A DNA stretch of 64,000 nt from Candidatus Enterousia sp. (GCA_045617905.1 JAZLJO010000003.1:3988-67987); one strand, 5' to 3'. Positions 18,024 to 29,206 are shown, counted from the stretch's first letter. Numbers and translations: made by a program. Notes: generated by a model not told the origin, from the sequence alone.

Positions 18024-20426
18024 TTACCCCTGAATATTTGGTGCCACAACAAAATCAATTGTATCACCTAACACAATTTCATTTGCGCGTGCCGCGGATT
18101 TTATTAAACCATGCAAAACATCTGGTACATTTAATGGAATGATCAATGTTTCCAACTTTGCACCATTACCAACCTTGCGTTCAGTACGCAAACCACGAAT
18201 ATTTTTTAATATATCTAACGCAATCTGCATTTGCGATACATCTGTATCATATTCCTGTAACACTTCTGGATAATTGGTCAAATGTAATGTTTGCCCACCC
18301 TCAATACTTTGGTATATTTTTTGCCATAATTCTTCGGTCAAAAATGGAATAAATGGTGCATACAACGCAATTACTGCACGTAAAACAGTATACAACGTCC
18401 ATTGCGCCGATAATTTTGATTCTGCACTATATTTTTCAGGTGACCAAAAACGATCTTTGATAAATTCTAAATATTGATCACAAAAAACATCATAAAAGAA
18501 CGAATCAATGGCACTGCGTGCATTGTAATTATCATATTTATCCAAATTACGACGAACATCCAAAACCGTTTTGTTTAACTCTTTCAAAACCCAACGGTCT
18601 TCAATAAATCGATCCGATACAGGTATCATCTGTGCTGTTTTAGGATCAAAATCATTTAAATTCATCAAAACATATTTAGCCGCATTCCATAATTTAGTCA
18701 GCAATTTTGATCCACGTTTAACCTCGTCATCGCTGTAACGTAAATCCGTTCCAATTGGGGCGGTTGCTGCCCAATAACGTAATGCATCAACCCCAAATTT
18801 ATCAACCGCAGTTAATGGATCAACGCCATTACCCTTGGTTTTTGACATTTTTAATCCTTTGGCATCACGGACAATACCATGGAAATTAACCGTATGGAAT
18901 GGAACATCACCCATCACATACATCCCCATCATTGCCATACGTGCAACCCAAAAGAATATAATATCAGCCGCCGTATACAACAATGTTGTTGGATAATATT
19001 TCTTCAACTCTGGCGTATCATCGGGCCACCCAAGTGTTGAAAATGGCCATAAGCCCGACGAAAACCATGTATCCAAAGACGCTGTATCACGTGTTAATTC
19101 TTTACCACCAGATTGTACAACAGCATCCTCTTCTGTTTCAGCCACATAAATATTACCATCTGTATCATACCATGCAGGCACCTTATGTCCCCACCATAAT
19201 TGGCGCGAAATTGACCATTCATGAATATCTTTCATCCATGCCATAAATAAATTATACCGATGTTCTGGCAAAAATTTTATTTTTCCAGATTCAACCGCTT
19301 CAATAACGGGGACCGCCAATTTCTTTGCATCAACAAACCACTCGTCACGAACCATATATTCGACAATAACATTTCCGCGTTCTGAATACGGGGTTGGAAT
19401 AATTTTGTCATCAATTTTAATTAACAATCCCGCTTCTTCAATATCTTTGATAATCTCTGCTCTGGCTACAAATCTGTCCATTCCACGATATTTTTCGGGT
19501 ACAACATCAATATTTGCCATTTTTGCATCATTGGTCAAAACACCAACAACTGGCAAATTATGACGCAAACCAACCGCCCAGTCATCTTTATCGTGTGCCG
19601 GGGTAATTTTTACGGCCCCCGTTCCTTTTTCTGGATCCGCATGAACATCACCAATAACAGGAATTTCAATATCCGTTAATGGTATAATTGCAATTTTACC
19701 AATCAAATGATTTAATTTTTCATTATCTGGATGAACCGCGATTGCTTGATCACCAAATAATGTTTCAGGACGGGTTGTTGCAATATCAATAAAGCCCCCA
19801 TCTTTTAATGGATATTTGAAATAATAAAACTTACCGTGTTCTTCACGAATATCAACCTCCAGATCTGAAATTGATGTTTGTTGTTTGGGGCACCAATTAA
19901 CCAATCGACGTGCACGATAGATTAAACCTTCATTGTACATTTTTACGAAAATTTTAATGACGGCACGTGATAATCCCGCATCCATGGTAAAACGTTCACG
20001 CGACCATGCTGGTGTAATTCCCAAAATATGCAATTGATTCATAATTTGGCCACCTTTGTCCGCTTTCCACGCCCAGGCGGCATTCATCAATTCATCATGT
20101 GACAACGAACGTGGATTTATACCACGTTTAGATAAATCACGTTCCAACATCAATTGCATTGCAATTGACGCATGATCCGTCCCCGGTTGCCATAATACAT
20201 CATACCCACACATACGCTTATAACGGCACATTATATCAGTCAAAACATTATCTAACGCATGTCCCATATGTAAATTTCCGGTAACATTTGGTGGTGGCAT
20301 CATAACACAAAACGGTTCTTTACCAGATTTTACATCATTTTCCCAAAAATGATTTTTATCCCAAAATTCCTGAATTCGCGTTTCAATTTCACGTGCATTT
20401 ATATTTTTTCCAAGTTCAACATTCAT
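18024..20426 (-). CDS. valS: valine--tRNA ligase (short form, ~800 aa, no long C-terminal coiled coil visible)
   Basis: PPPNVTGNLHMGHA (HIGH motif), KMSKTKGN (KMSKS motif), and an editing domain. Start moved to MNVELGKNINAREIE (ATG 20426). Confidence 0.95.
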   Translation of the reverse strand: MNVELGKNINAREIETRIQEFWDKNHFWENDVKSGKEPFCVMMPPPNVTGNLHMGHALDNVLTDIMCRYKRMCGYDVLWQPGTDHASIAMQLMLERDLSKRGINPRSLSHDELMNAAWAWKADKGGQIMNQLHILGITPAWSRERFTMDAGLSRAVIKIFVKMYNEGLIYRARRLVNWCPKQQTSISDLEVDIREEHGKFYYFKYPLKDGGFIDIATTRPETLFGDQAIAVHPDNEKLNHLIGKIAIIPLTDIEIPVIGDVHADPEKGTGAVKITPAHDKDDWAVGLRHNLPVVGVLTNDAKMANIDVVPEKYRGMDRFVARAEIIKDIEEAGLLIKIDDKIIPTPYSERGNVIVEYMVRDEWFVDAKKLAVPVIEAVESGKIKFLPEHRYNLFMAWMKDIHEWSISRQLWWGHKVPAWYDTDGNIYVAETEEDAVVQSGGKELTRDTASLDTWFSSGLWPFSTLGWPDDTPELKKYYPTTLLYTAADIIFFWVARMAMMGMYVMGDVPFHTVNFHGIVRDAKGLKMSKTKGNGVDPLTAVDKFGVDALRYWAATAPIGTDLRYSDDEVKRGSKLLTKLWNAAKYVLMNLNDFDPKTAQMIPVSDRFIEDRWVLKELNKTVLDVRRNLDKYDNYNARSAIDSFFYDVFCDQYLEFIKDRFWSPEKYSAESKLSAQWTLYTVLRAVIALYAPFIPFLTEELWQKIYQSIEGGQTLHLTNYPEVLQEYDTDVSQMQIALDILKNIRGLRTERKVGNGAKLETLIIPLNVPDVLHGLIKSAARANEIVLGDTIDFVVAPNIQG

Positions 20427-20544
20427 TGTATTTATCCCATGGTATATTTGTAAAAAATGATAACAGAATAAAATCAAAATTCAAGCAAGGATACACTCAC
20501 CACATATATCCACTAAATAACAAATTTAAAAAATTATATATAAA

Positions 20545-20568
20545 TTAAAAATCGCCCAAAAAGGGCGA
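20545..20568 (-). terminator. hairpin terminator downstream of the DUF2147 gene
   Basis: TCGCCC-aaaaa-GGGCGA with a T-run on the minus strand. Confidence 0.45.
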
Positions 20569-20573
20569 ATTAT

Positions 20574-21059
20574 TTAATCATTATTTGTTTTTGGTGTCCA
20601 ATCTGTAACACTTAATGATTTTAGTTTTTTTGGCAATTGTGCGTTATCCAAAACAACCCAGTGCTGTGTACGCCCAAATGGGCCAATTTTACCGCGAACA
20701 TTTAATTTATCTTTTTCATCATCCTGCCATATAACTGATGAATAAACTTTACCATTTTTTGGATCTCGTATTTTACCGCCATTGTATTGATTATCATCCA
20801 CATCCCATTTCATATTCCATATGATATCCATACCAATATAGGACGTATCAAACACAGGTACCCCATTTGCATCATACGTTGCAACAATCCGACCCGCCAA
20901 CTCTGACTTTTGGCCGTGTTCATATTCGTACAACACGACTATCGCCTTTGGCTGATTTGTTGCATCATCAATTGTTTGATAAAACCCAGTTAACGGTAAC
21001 GCCAATGCAATCGTCGGCAAAATCAAACTACAAAAAAAACATGAACAAAACTTTAACAT
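20574..21059 (-). CDS. DUF2147 domain-containing secreted protein
   Basis: Signal peptide, then GFYQTIDD...GKIRDPKNGKVYSS...LNVRGKIGPFGRTQHW, which matches the DUF2147 pattern. Confidence 0.7.
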   Translation of the reverse strand: MLKFCSCFFCSLILPTIALALPLTGFYQTIDDATNQPKAIVVLYEYEHGQKSELAGRIVATYDANGVPVFDTSYIGMDIIWNMKWDVDDNQYNGGKIRDPKNGKVYSSVIWQDDEKDKLNVRGKIGPFGRTQHWVVLDNAQLPKKLKSLSVTDWTPKTNND

Positions 21060-21192
21060 ATCATTTTCCCCTTTGTTTACATATTCATGATAGCAATCAA
21101 CAATAAAAAATCAAATTTTTATACCCATAAAAATATTTGACAAATTAAAATTATGTAATACAGTTAATATTAACACAACAAAAGAAAATATA

Positions 21193-21519
21193 ATGGGAAT
21201 CAACAAAACAAATATTTTTAAATTATTCGAAACAATACGAAAAAATAATATAGAGCAAGACGCAAGTGTACCTGGCAATGTAAATTTCATCATAAAAAAT
21301 GCATTGAATCAAAAATTGATGATCATTAAAAATGATAAAAATTTCCCAGATTTATTGCAAATTTTTATTATGAACAATGATTCAGAAAGTCTGTACATAA
21401 CATACACGGGCAAATACGTAGAAGAAATAAAAAAAGAAATTTATACTAATTTACGTAATCAGGTACGCATTAAAAAATTTGGATACGCTATATACAACAG
21501 TGCGTTAAACAGAATTTAA
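21193..21519 (+). CDS. hypothetical protein
   Basis: 108-aa ORF in a gap; no motif recognised. Confidence 0.35.
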   Translation: MGINKTNIFKLFETIRKNNIEQDASVPGNVNFIIKNALNQKLMIIKNDKNFPDLLQIFIMNNDSESLYITYTGKYVEEIKKEIYTNLRNQVRIKKFGYAIYNSALNRI

Positions 21520-21525
21520 ACAAAA

Positions 21526-22269
21526 TCAAAACGTGTGTCCCACACGACAGAATGTTACCGCATAAACTTCACGTGCCCCAGCACGTCGCAGAACACGTGT
21601 CAATTCATTAAACGTTGCCCCAGACGTCATAACATCATCAACCAACAAAATACATTTTCCACAAATTTTATCGGGCCGCCCAACAGTAAATACACCACGA
21701 ATATTTTCACGACGTCCACGTGCTGTTTTATGTCCCATATCCGGTCGATATTTTCTATGAACAGATGACACATCCAATTTTGCCCCATATAAACGTGCAA
21801 TTGGACGCGCTAAAATTGTTGCCTGATTATAACCTCGATACAACAAACGCAAATATGATAAAGGAACCGGCATTACAATATCTGGTTTAATATCTGTATC
21901 ACGTAATGCCCAGATCATTGCACGTGCCATTGCATAACCAAAACGAATCTTTCCACCATGTTTAAACGGTAACATTATTGCACGTGATACATCATCATAA
22001 ACACAGGCGCTGCGAATTAAGTCCGGTCCTTTTTTATTTGTAATACAATTTGGGCACAATGCATTCTCATCAAAATCTGCGGGCAATGGGATACCACATT
22101 TAACACATCGAGTCCCATCAATCCAACCATAATTTGGCCAACAATCTGCACAAAATTCACCATGCGTTGAAACCAATCCCCCACACACCGGACACGTGGG
22201 TGGAAAAATAAAATCCAAAAATCTGTGTAACACACCGGCAAAATACAGATGCCATCTTACCATAATCAA
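21526..22269 (-). CDS. comF: ComF-family phosphoribosyltransferase-like protein
   Basis: N-terminal double Zn-ribbon (CPVCGG...CADCW...CVKCG...CPNC) and PRTase motif ILLVDDVMTSGAT. Confidence 0.75.
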   Translation of the reverse strand: MIMVRWHLYFAGVLHRFLDFIFPPTCPVCGGLVSTHGEFCADCWPNYGWIDGTRCVKCGIPLPADFDENALCPNCITNKKGPDLIRSACVYDDVSRAIMLPFKHGGKIRFGYAMARAMIWALRDTDIKPDIVMPVPLSYLRLLYRGYNQATILARPIARLYGAKLDVSSVHRKYRPDMGHKTARGRRENIRGVFTVGRPDKICGKCILLVDDVMTSGATFNELTRVLRRAGAREVYAVTFCRVGHTF

Positions 22270-22289
22270 AAATTATTTTTCGTTTTGAA

Positions 22290-23525
22290 CTACCAACTCA
22301 TACTCTTGTATGTTTTTTTACCAACGGTGTCTCCAAAAATATTATTTTGCTGTTTGGTTAACGTTTCATATTGATCACTGGAAATCATACGTAAAACAAA
22401 ACCATTTTCATCACGTTGACTTAATACTGGTAAAATACGATATTCTGAAACCCCACTATCACGCAATGCTTGTTCAACAATTGCCAAACGACGAGCCGCC
22501 AACTTACGTTCATCGGCATTTTTTGTAACACTTTGCGGGATTGCAACCTGAATTGCACGTGTCGGATTTGCCAAAACAATACCCGCATACTCCGTTAACA
22601 AATTATAATTATCACGCGACAAGGCTGAATCATCATTACGGAATTTTATCTTTATTTCCAAAGGTCGAATTCCACCCTGCTCTGACAAATCACGTCGGGC
22701 TGTAAACCCTTCAACCGACGTTGTCATATCACTGACCACATCAAAGCGATTATCAATCTGATATGTAGACAAATGTTTATTTTCAGATAAGAATGTTTTT
22801 TTGAACGCCTTGCGTAATTCTGTTGGAGACATTTTAGACATATCATCATTTAATGATGCAACACGCACAGGTTCCGATTTTTCAACCGTACGCACAATAA
22901 CATCACGTTCCATAGGAACAACCATACGTGATAACGTAACATCATCCGTTACACTTTCAATCGGTTTGGCTGCATTTTTAATACTTTCATCGGCCCGACG
23001 CTGTAAATCATTCAAACGTGCAATTTGCATATCAAATTCACTATTAACAGTCGAACGTTTTGCAACCCTTTCAGAAACAGGTGTTGACACAATATCAACA
23101 ACAGGATTAGCAACAATCATGCTGTCTAAATCTTCCTCAGGCAACACGTCATCCGACCGTATAACAGAAAATTCTGAAACATTCGGCATACGCAATGGTG
23201 CAACGTCTGTTTGCGCCCACAAATCAGCACTTGGCCGATGTGGGTTCAACACATCATTTGTATGTTTTTTTATAATATTGTTCTCTGTCAATTTGGCTAA
23301 CGTCGTCTTTTTTTCAACATTCTTTGCAGAACGAGCCACCAAACGTTTTTGACCTTTCACCTTATCTGGTGCATTTTCCCGTTTTTTTTGTACCGGCATT
23401 GCTTCACCAAACATCGCACGTGCCGAAACACCATTTGCAGTCACATCCACAACCGGCAAACGTGCATCAGCCATCGCAGACGCCACAGCAAACAAAGACA
23501 ACAATGAAACGGTAAAAAAACGCAT
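22290..23525 (-). CDS. hypothetical secreted protein, possibly with a degenerate OmpA-like C-terminus
   Basis: Signal peptide MRFFTVSLLSLFAVASAMA. The C-terminal ...ERKLAARRLAIVEQALRDSGVSEYRILPV resembles an OmpA/MotB-type tail only loosely. Confidence 0.55.
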   Translation of the reverse strand: MRFFTVSLLSLFAVASAMADARLPVVDVTANGVSARAMFGEAMPVQKKRENAPDKVKGQKRLVARSAKNVEKKTTLAKLTENNIIKKHTNDVLNPHRPSADLWAQTDVAPLRMPNVSEFSVIRSDDVLPEEDLDSMIVANPVVDIVSTPVSERVAKRSTVNSEFDMQIARLNDLQRRADESIKNAAKPIESVTDDVTLSRMVVPMERDVIVRTVEKSEPVRVASLNDDMSKMSPTELRKAFKKTFLSENKHLSTYQIDNRFDVVSDMTTSVEGFTARRDLSEQGGIRPLEIKIKFRNDDSALSRDNYNLLTEYAGIVLANPTRAIQVAIPQSVTKNADERKLAARRLAIVEQALRDSGVSEYRILPVLSQRDENGFVLRMISSDQYETLTKQQNNIFGDTVGKKTYKSMSW

Positions 23526-23603
23526 TTTCCCTTACCTTTTTTTGATAATAATAGAACAAATATCAAATTGGGCGCAAGCAGAAAAATGCGTTTTTTATTT
23601 AAA

Positions 23604-24650
23604 TTATTTCGTTATTTCATCAGAAATTTTACATACTGCATTATTTTCAACCCGGGCCTTATCGGACATTTTATCCAACCGCAAAGGATTACCAAACAAT
23701 TCATCCAGTGTATTCGTCAACCACCGTTGTGTAAACTTAGATTGTTCAATTGCAACACCACCACCATCTTTGGCAAAACATGCAGCATTTGCAGCCTGAT
23801 CCGGATTTATCCCCAGTGGCACTAAAATTGCCCCACGACCAATTGTCTGTAATTCAACAACCGTACTGGCACCGCTGCGTCCAATTACTAAATCCGCCCC
23901 CGCAATAGCCCCCGCCATATCATGAACAAACGATAATACATTTGCACGAATTTTATTTTCCGCATAAAACTTCTGCAACCGGGCCACATTTTCCGGCCGT
24001 GTCTGGTGCATAACAAAAATCTTTTTATTTTTCATCGCGGCCACGGCACCAGGTACTGTATCATCTAAAATCTGCGCCCCAAGCGATCCACCCGTCACAA
24101 ATATTTTTCCAGTATTTGGACGTTTACTTCCAGACAATGCAATAAAATCAGACCGAACGGGCAAACCCGTATAAACAACTTTTACAGACGTTCCCGCCGG
24201 GATACCAGATACCGTCGGGAATGACGTCATTAATGTCCTAACAAACCGTAATGCAAATTTATTGGCCCGACCGATTGCGGCATTTTGTTCATGTAAAAAG
24301 GTTGGCACATTCCAAATACGTGCCGCAACAATCACAGGAACTGATGCATATCCACCAAACGCAACAACACGTGATGGTCGAAATAATGCAAAACGTAACG
24401 TTAATGCAGCCGCGGATACAGCAATCTTAATTAACGACCATACTTGTCGAACACGACTTTTGGCCCCAACACCCGATGCCCAAACATGTGAAAAATGCGC
24501 CCCCTGCGGTGCACCGTTGTGCACCATTTTTTTTACCCGCCCATCGCAAGATATTGTAACTCGATGACCGCGTGCAACCAATTCTGCGGCAACACTTAAT
24601 GCAGGAAACACATGTCCACCGGTTCCACCTGTTGCAATCCATATTTTCAT
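23604..24650 (-). CDS. murG: UDP-N-acetylglucosamine--N-acetylmuramyl-(pentapeptide) pyrophosphoryl-undecaprenol GlcNAc transferase
   Basis: MKIWIATGGTGGHVFPAL, and GGSLGA in the C-terminal half. Start at ATG 24650 (GGGGG ribosome-binding site), 1 nt after the ftsW stop. Confidence 0.93.
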   Translation of the reverse strand: MKIWIATGGTGGHVFPALSVAAELVARGHRVTISCDGRVKKMVHNGAPQGAHFSHVWASGVGAKSRVRQVWSLIKIAVSAAALTLRFALFRPSRVVAFGGYASVPVIVAARIWNVPTFLHEQNAAIGRANKFALRFVRTLMTSFPTVSGIPAGTSVKVVYTGLPVRSDFIALSGSKRPNTGKIFVTGGSLGAQILDDTVPGAVAAMKNKKIFVMHQTRPENVARLQKFYAENKIRANVLSFVHDMAGAIAGADLVIGRSGASTVVELQTIGRGAILVPLGINPDQAANAACFAKDGGGVAIEQSKFTQRWLTNTLDELFGNPLRLDKMSDKARVENNAVCKISDEITK

Positions 24651-24651
24651 A

Positions 24652-25818
24652 TTACCCCCTTTGATTCCATTTATCTTCACGAATTAATGCCAATATTATA
24701 CCAAATAAAAAACAATATGACACAAACGAACTACCACCATAGGATATAAATGGTAAAGTCATACCTTTGGGTGGAATTATATATAATGCTGTTGATATAT
24801 TTATACATGTTTGCACGCTAAACAACACAGCCGCACCAACCACAGCATAAAATACAAATGGATTATTTGCCCGCATCGCCCGTGATATCAAATGACGAAA
24901 AATATAAAACATCAACCCCAACACAAATGTGCATGCAAATATTGCCCCTGCGTCTTCAACAATCGATGCAAAAACAAAATCCGTATGTGTATCGGCCAAC
25001 GATTGTTTCACGAACGAATTATCCCCGCGCCCCAACAAGCCCCCATGTTTAATTGAATTTATAGAATTTGTAACCTGCGTTTTATCACCAGTCCCATACC
25101 ACCATGTAATCACACGGTTATGAAAATGCGGCATGATATTAAACATTGTAAACAACAATACCACACCACCACAAAAAATAACCGGTAATGTAATCCATGG
25201 CAACCCAGCCACAAATAACATTGCCCCGAAAACGCACAAATATAATGCCCCCGTTCCAAGGTCAGGATGAAAAAGAATAATTGTGCAGGCCAGTACAGCC
25301 AACATTAAAAACATCCACCAATTTATTCTTTTTAAATCAAATTGACTAAACAACCATGCACGTGCATTAAAAAACATTTTTTTTCCATATACCTGGCGCA
25401 TTTTATCCAAAAAATATGCTGTTAAAACAATAGCACCTGGTTTCATTATATCGGCCGGCATAACATTAAATCCCAACAAATTAACGAATCGATTTGAACC
25501 GTTTATTTTATGTGTAACCACCAACGTCACCACCAACAGAACCATTCCAACAAAAACATTTAATACAGACAAACGCAATACCCATTTTTTGCTTAACATA
25601 CTGGTTCCAAACAATGTAACCAAACCGATAATATAAAACGGTATTGATTTTTTAATAAAAAAGTACCATGGTTCATTAATATCGTCTGCCTTGGCGGCAC
25701 CCGCTGATAACAAAAACAGCATACCCACAGCAATCAAAAGCAACACCAAAAACAATAATTTTCGGTCAATCTCATAATACCAACTGGTAAATTTGCTATT
25801 TTCGGTTCGTTTCAACAT
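24652..25818 (-). CDS. ftsW: SEDS-family lipid II flippase / peptidoglycan polymerase FtsW
   Basis: 10-TM SEDS pattern, LPFISYGGSS motif, and position immediately upstream of murG. Confidence 0.9.
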   Translation of the reverse strand: MLKRTENSKFTSWYYEIDRKLLFLVLLLIAVGMLFLLSAGAAKADDINEPWYFFIKKSIPFYIIGLVTLFGTSMLSKKWVLRLSVLNVFVGMVLLVVTLVVTHKINGSNRFVNLLGFNVMPADIMKPGAIVLTAYFLDKMRQVYGKKMFFNARAWLFSQFDLKRINWWMFLMLAVLACTIILFHPDLGTGALYLCVFGAMLFVAGLPWITLPVIFCGGVVLLFTMFNIMPHFHNRVITWWYGTGDKTQVTNSINSIKHGGLLGRGDNSFVKQSLADTHTDFVFASIVEDAGAIFACTFVLGLMFYIFRHLISRAMRANNPFVFYAVVGAAVLFSVQTCINISTALYIIPPKGMTLPFISYGGSSFVSYCFLFGIILALIREDKWNQRG

Positions 25819-25899
25819 ATCGACAAATATTATATCATTTTTTTTATGAAAATATACTGATTGAAATAAAAAATATAGCGGGTTTTAACCGCCATATTT

Positions 25900-27060
25900 T
25901 TAAGCAAACTTTAATAACACCAATGCGAACCCAGAAAACAACATTGATACTATAAAAAATCGTTCTACAATTTTCGTTTCCGTCCATCCCATTTCTTCAA
26001 AATGATGATGCAACGGGGCACGCAAAAACACGCGACGCCCTGTACCTGTGATTTTACGGGTTGCTTTAAAATACAGTGTTTGAATCATTGATGACAACAA
26101 TATTAAAACCATCATTCCTGCGGCAATACCCATAACTATTTCAGATTTTAACAACATCGCAACCGTTCCCATAAAACCACCCAACGCCAAAGAACCAACA
26201 TCTCCCATAAATATGGCCGCAGGTTTAGAATTATACCACAAGAACCCCAAAGTCGCACCAAATGCTGCCCCCAAAACGGCATATAACCCACTGGCCGCAG
26301 GCATAAATAAAACGGTATCCATAAAACCAATTCGCGTGGCACCATATAATGCCACAGTTAAAACAACCAATACTGGCATGTATAATTTTGCCAACATACC
26401 ATCCAATCCATCTGTAATGTTTGTTGCATTGGCACTGCCACAAATTACGAAATACGAAAAAACATAATATAAAACAATTCCACCAAACAACGTCAACACG
26501 GATGGGACAACATCCATAAACACCCCAAACGCCCCACCAACAATTTCAGAAAACGGCATCACAACCCCCAACCCAAGTGACAAAGAATATTCGGGTACAT
26601 ATGGTGGCATAACGCGATTAATCAAAAATGCCAATACAGCAACACACAGTGCTTCCAACCCAAGGCGAGCTTTAGCAGACAAACCATTTGATGCTTTTTT
26701 TGACTGACTGGTTACCTTTTTATAATCATCTGCAAAACCAATTACTGCGAACATAATCAACGCCATCAATGCGATCCAACCGGATGGATTATGAATTGGC
26801 ATGAACAATACCGATGCAATTAAAATAGAAACAATAATCAAAATACCGCCCATTGTCGGTGTTCCCGTCTTTACCAAATGGGATTGTGGAACATTTTCAC
26901 TGATTGGTTGCCCCTTTTTTTGCCAACGCATCATCGCACGAATAAATGGACGTCCAAACAATAACATCAATAAAAATGACGTTGCAAATGCCATAGCAAA
27001 CTGCGTCCAACCACTGGCAAAAAATTTAACACCATTTGACAACCAAAAATCTGTCAGCAT
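25900..27060 (-). CDS. mraY: phospho-N-acetylmuramoyl-pentapeptide transferase
   Basis: KKGQPISENVPQSHLVKTGTPTMGG, NATNITDGLDG, FMGDVGSLALGG, PLHHHFE. Confidence 0.95.
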   Translation of the reverse strand: MLTDFWLSNGVKFFASGWTQFAMAFATSFLLMLLFGRPFIRAMMRWQKKGQPISENVPQSHLVKTGTPTMGGILIIVSILIASVLFMPIHNPSGWIALMALIMFAVIGFADDYKKVTSQSKKASNGLSAKARLGLEALCVAVLAFLINRVMPPYVPEYSLSLGLGVVMPFSEIVGGAFGVFMDVVPSVLTLFGGIVLYYVFSYFVICGSANATNITDGLDGMLAKLYMPVLVVLTVALYGATRIGFMDTVLFMPAASGLYAVLGAAFGATLGFLWYNSKPAAIFMGDVGSLALGGFMGTVAMLLKSEIVMGIAAGMMVLILLSSMIQTLYFKATRKITGTGRRVFLRAPLHHHFEEMGWTETKIVERFFIVSMLFSGFALVLLKFA

Positions 27061-27166
27061 AATAATTTTCCTTTTTATTTAACAACGCTTTCATTTTATC
27101 ACAAATATTTGTTAAAAAAAATATTTATAACGATAAAAAAATACCAGATAATAATCTGGCATTAAA

Positions 27167-29206
27167 TCAGAATACCCCCCCCATAACAGGTCCAGTTTCC
27201 GCTGCGTGTGTTGATGGTGCCGGATTCGGTTTTTGACCAGGTTTAAAGGCCTCTGTTATAATGGTACCATCCGGATCCTGCGAAGCTGCAACACCGCTGC
27301 GACGATTTACGCGCATAAATGTCAAACCGTTTGGAACAGCAAAAGCCTGATCTTTTTCACCATCTAATGCCTTACCCATAAAATCAGAAAATACACGTGC
27401 GGCCATATGACTGCCTGCACCGCCCCCCAATGGACGCGGTGTATCAAATCCCAAATACACACCCGCAATTAAATTCTTTGAAAAACCAACAAACCAAACA
27501 TCTTTAACATCATTAGTTGTCCCCGTTTTTCCCGCAATCGTATGTCCATAAACACGTGCCTGTTTACCTGTTCCACGTTCAACAACCCCCTGCAATATAG
27601 AAACAATTTGATACAAACTTTGTTCATCCGACAATGGATCTGCAATATGCGAATTTTCTGGCGGGACCATACCATCTACCCAATCAATAATTTTTGGACT
27701 GTCCCCATCTAAAACCCGACCATATCTATCTTCAATATAATCAACCAACTTTGGTTGAATTGCACGTCCCCCATTAACAAATGCAGAATATCCCAACACC
27801 AAACGTTCCAATGTAGTTTCACCAGATCCCAACGCCAACGATAAATTAATATTGTTTAAATTATCTGGATAAACCCCGAAACGCTGTGCAACCTCTATTG
27901 CATTTGCTACACCAATCTGTTCTACTAAACGAACCGCTGGGACATTACGCGATGTTTCTAAAACCAATCTTAACGGCATATTACCCAAAAATTTCTTATC
28001 ATAGTTTTCGGGTTTCCATTGACTGTTATCTTCACGCATTCCAACAATCGGTGCATCTAATATCAATGCTTGGGGGGACATACCACGTTCCAATGCTGCC
28101 AAATAAACAAATGGTTTAATCGTTGATCCAATTTGACGCATAGCCTGGGTTGCACGATTAAACGAACTGTCCGCAAAAGAACGTCCCCCAGCCATAGCAA
28201 CGATTCGTCCTGTGTGCGGATTCATTGCAATAATTGCACCCTGTAATTTTTCACTGCGCCCTTCGTTATATTTATCCAATTCTTTATTTAACGCAGCAGA
28301 TGCCGCACGTTGCAAATCGGGGACAATTGTTGTTTTTATATACAAACCATCATTATATAACTTTTCACGACCAATTTTTCCAACCAATTGTCGGCGAACA
28401 TCTTCGGCAAAATATTGAAATTCTGGTTCCATCTGTGCAGTAAAACCACTGTTTATATTTAATGGTTCCGCCGCAGCCGACACCGCCTGTTCTTTGGTTA
28501 CAAAACCTTCTTCAACCATACGACGTAAAACATAGTTACGCCGTTCAATCGCACGATCGCGCGCATTTGGTGCCTTTGGCAATGACGCCAAAAACGCACA
28601 TTCTGCCAATGACAATTCCGATACAGGCTTATTAAAATACATTAAGGCCGCGGACCCAATCCCATATGCACGGGCACCCAAAAATATCTGGTTCAAATAC
28701 AGGGTCATTATATGTTGTTTTGAAAACGTACGTTCCAAACGCAGTGCTAATATTGCCTCTTTTATTTTTCGTGACATTGTACGCTCGGATGATAAAAAGA
28801 AATTCTTAGCAACCTGTTGTGTAATCGTAGATGCCCCAGAAAAACTGGATTTAAACCCTAACATTCCCAACGCATTATTTGTCGCCGCACGAATAATTCC
28901 CTGAACATCAATACCTGGGTGCGTCCAAAAATTTTGATCTTCGGCTGCAACGAATGCATTAACCACCTGTTCTGGAATATCTTCATAATCAATAAACACA
29001 CGACGTTCCTCGGCATATTCAATCAACAACGCACCATCCGACGCATATAAACGCGTTGCGACCGGTGGCGCATACGTTGCCAATTTTTTATAATCTGGCA
29101 AATCATTCCCATAAATCAAAACCAATACAGCCAATGCTGCAATTGCAAATGTAAAACCCCAGAATACGGTATTTAAAAATATACGAAGTACTTTACGAAT
29201 TTTCAT
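27167..29206 (-). CDS. mrcA: class A penicillin-binding protein (PBP1A-like)
   Basis: Glycosyltransferase motifs EDQNFWTHPGID, GASTITQQ and RKIKEAILALRLE. Transpeptidase motifs STIKP, SRN and KTGTT. Confidence 0.9.
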   Translation of the reverse strand: MKIRKVLRIFLNTVFWGFTFAIAALAVLVLIYGNDLPDYKKLATYAPPVATRLYASDGALLIEYAEERRVFIDYEDIPEQVVNAFVAAEDQNFWTHPGIDVQGIIRAATNNALGMLGFKSSFSGASTITQQVAKNFFLSSERTMSRKIKEAILALRLERTFSKQHIMTLYLNQIFLGARAYGIGSAALMYFNKPVSELSLAECAFLASLPKAPNARDRAIERRNYVLRRMVEEGFVTKEQAVSAAAEPLNINSGFTAQMEPEFQYFAEDVRRQLVGKIGREKLYNDGLYIKTTIVPDLQRAASAALNKELDKYNEGRSEKLQGAIIAMNPHTGRIVAMAGGRSFADSSFNRATQAMRQIGSTIKPFVYLAALERGMSPQALILDAPIVGMREDNSQWKPENYDKKFLGNMPLRLVLETSRNVPAVRLVEQIGVANAIEVAQRFGVYPDNLNNINLSLALGSGETTLERLVLGYSAFVNGGRAIQPKLVDYIEDRYGRVLDGDSPKIIDWVDGMVPPENSHIADPLSDEQSLYQIVSILQGVVERGTGKQARVYGHTIAGKTGTTNDVKDVWFVGFSKNLIAGVYLGFDTPRPLGGGAGSHMAARVFSDFMGKALDGEKDQAFAVPNGLTFMRVNRRSGVAASQDPDGTIITEAFKPGQKPNPAPSTHAAETGPVMGGVF

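Noticed and set aside
22801-23352. 183-aa plus-strand ORF
   Set aside because: It is antisense to the longer 411-aa ORF, which has a clear signal peptide and fits the operon direction. This call is less certain than the others because the 411-aa protein itself has no known family.
24221-24240. cgggaatgacgtcat, resembling the REP core (ccggaatgacgg) seen at 38216
   Set aside because: It lies inside the well-conserved murG coding sequence and lacks the paired palindrome arm, so this is a chance similarity.
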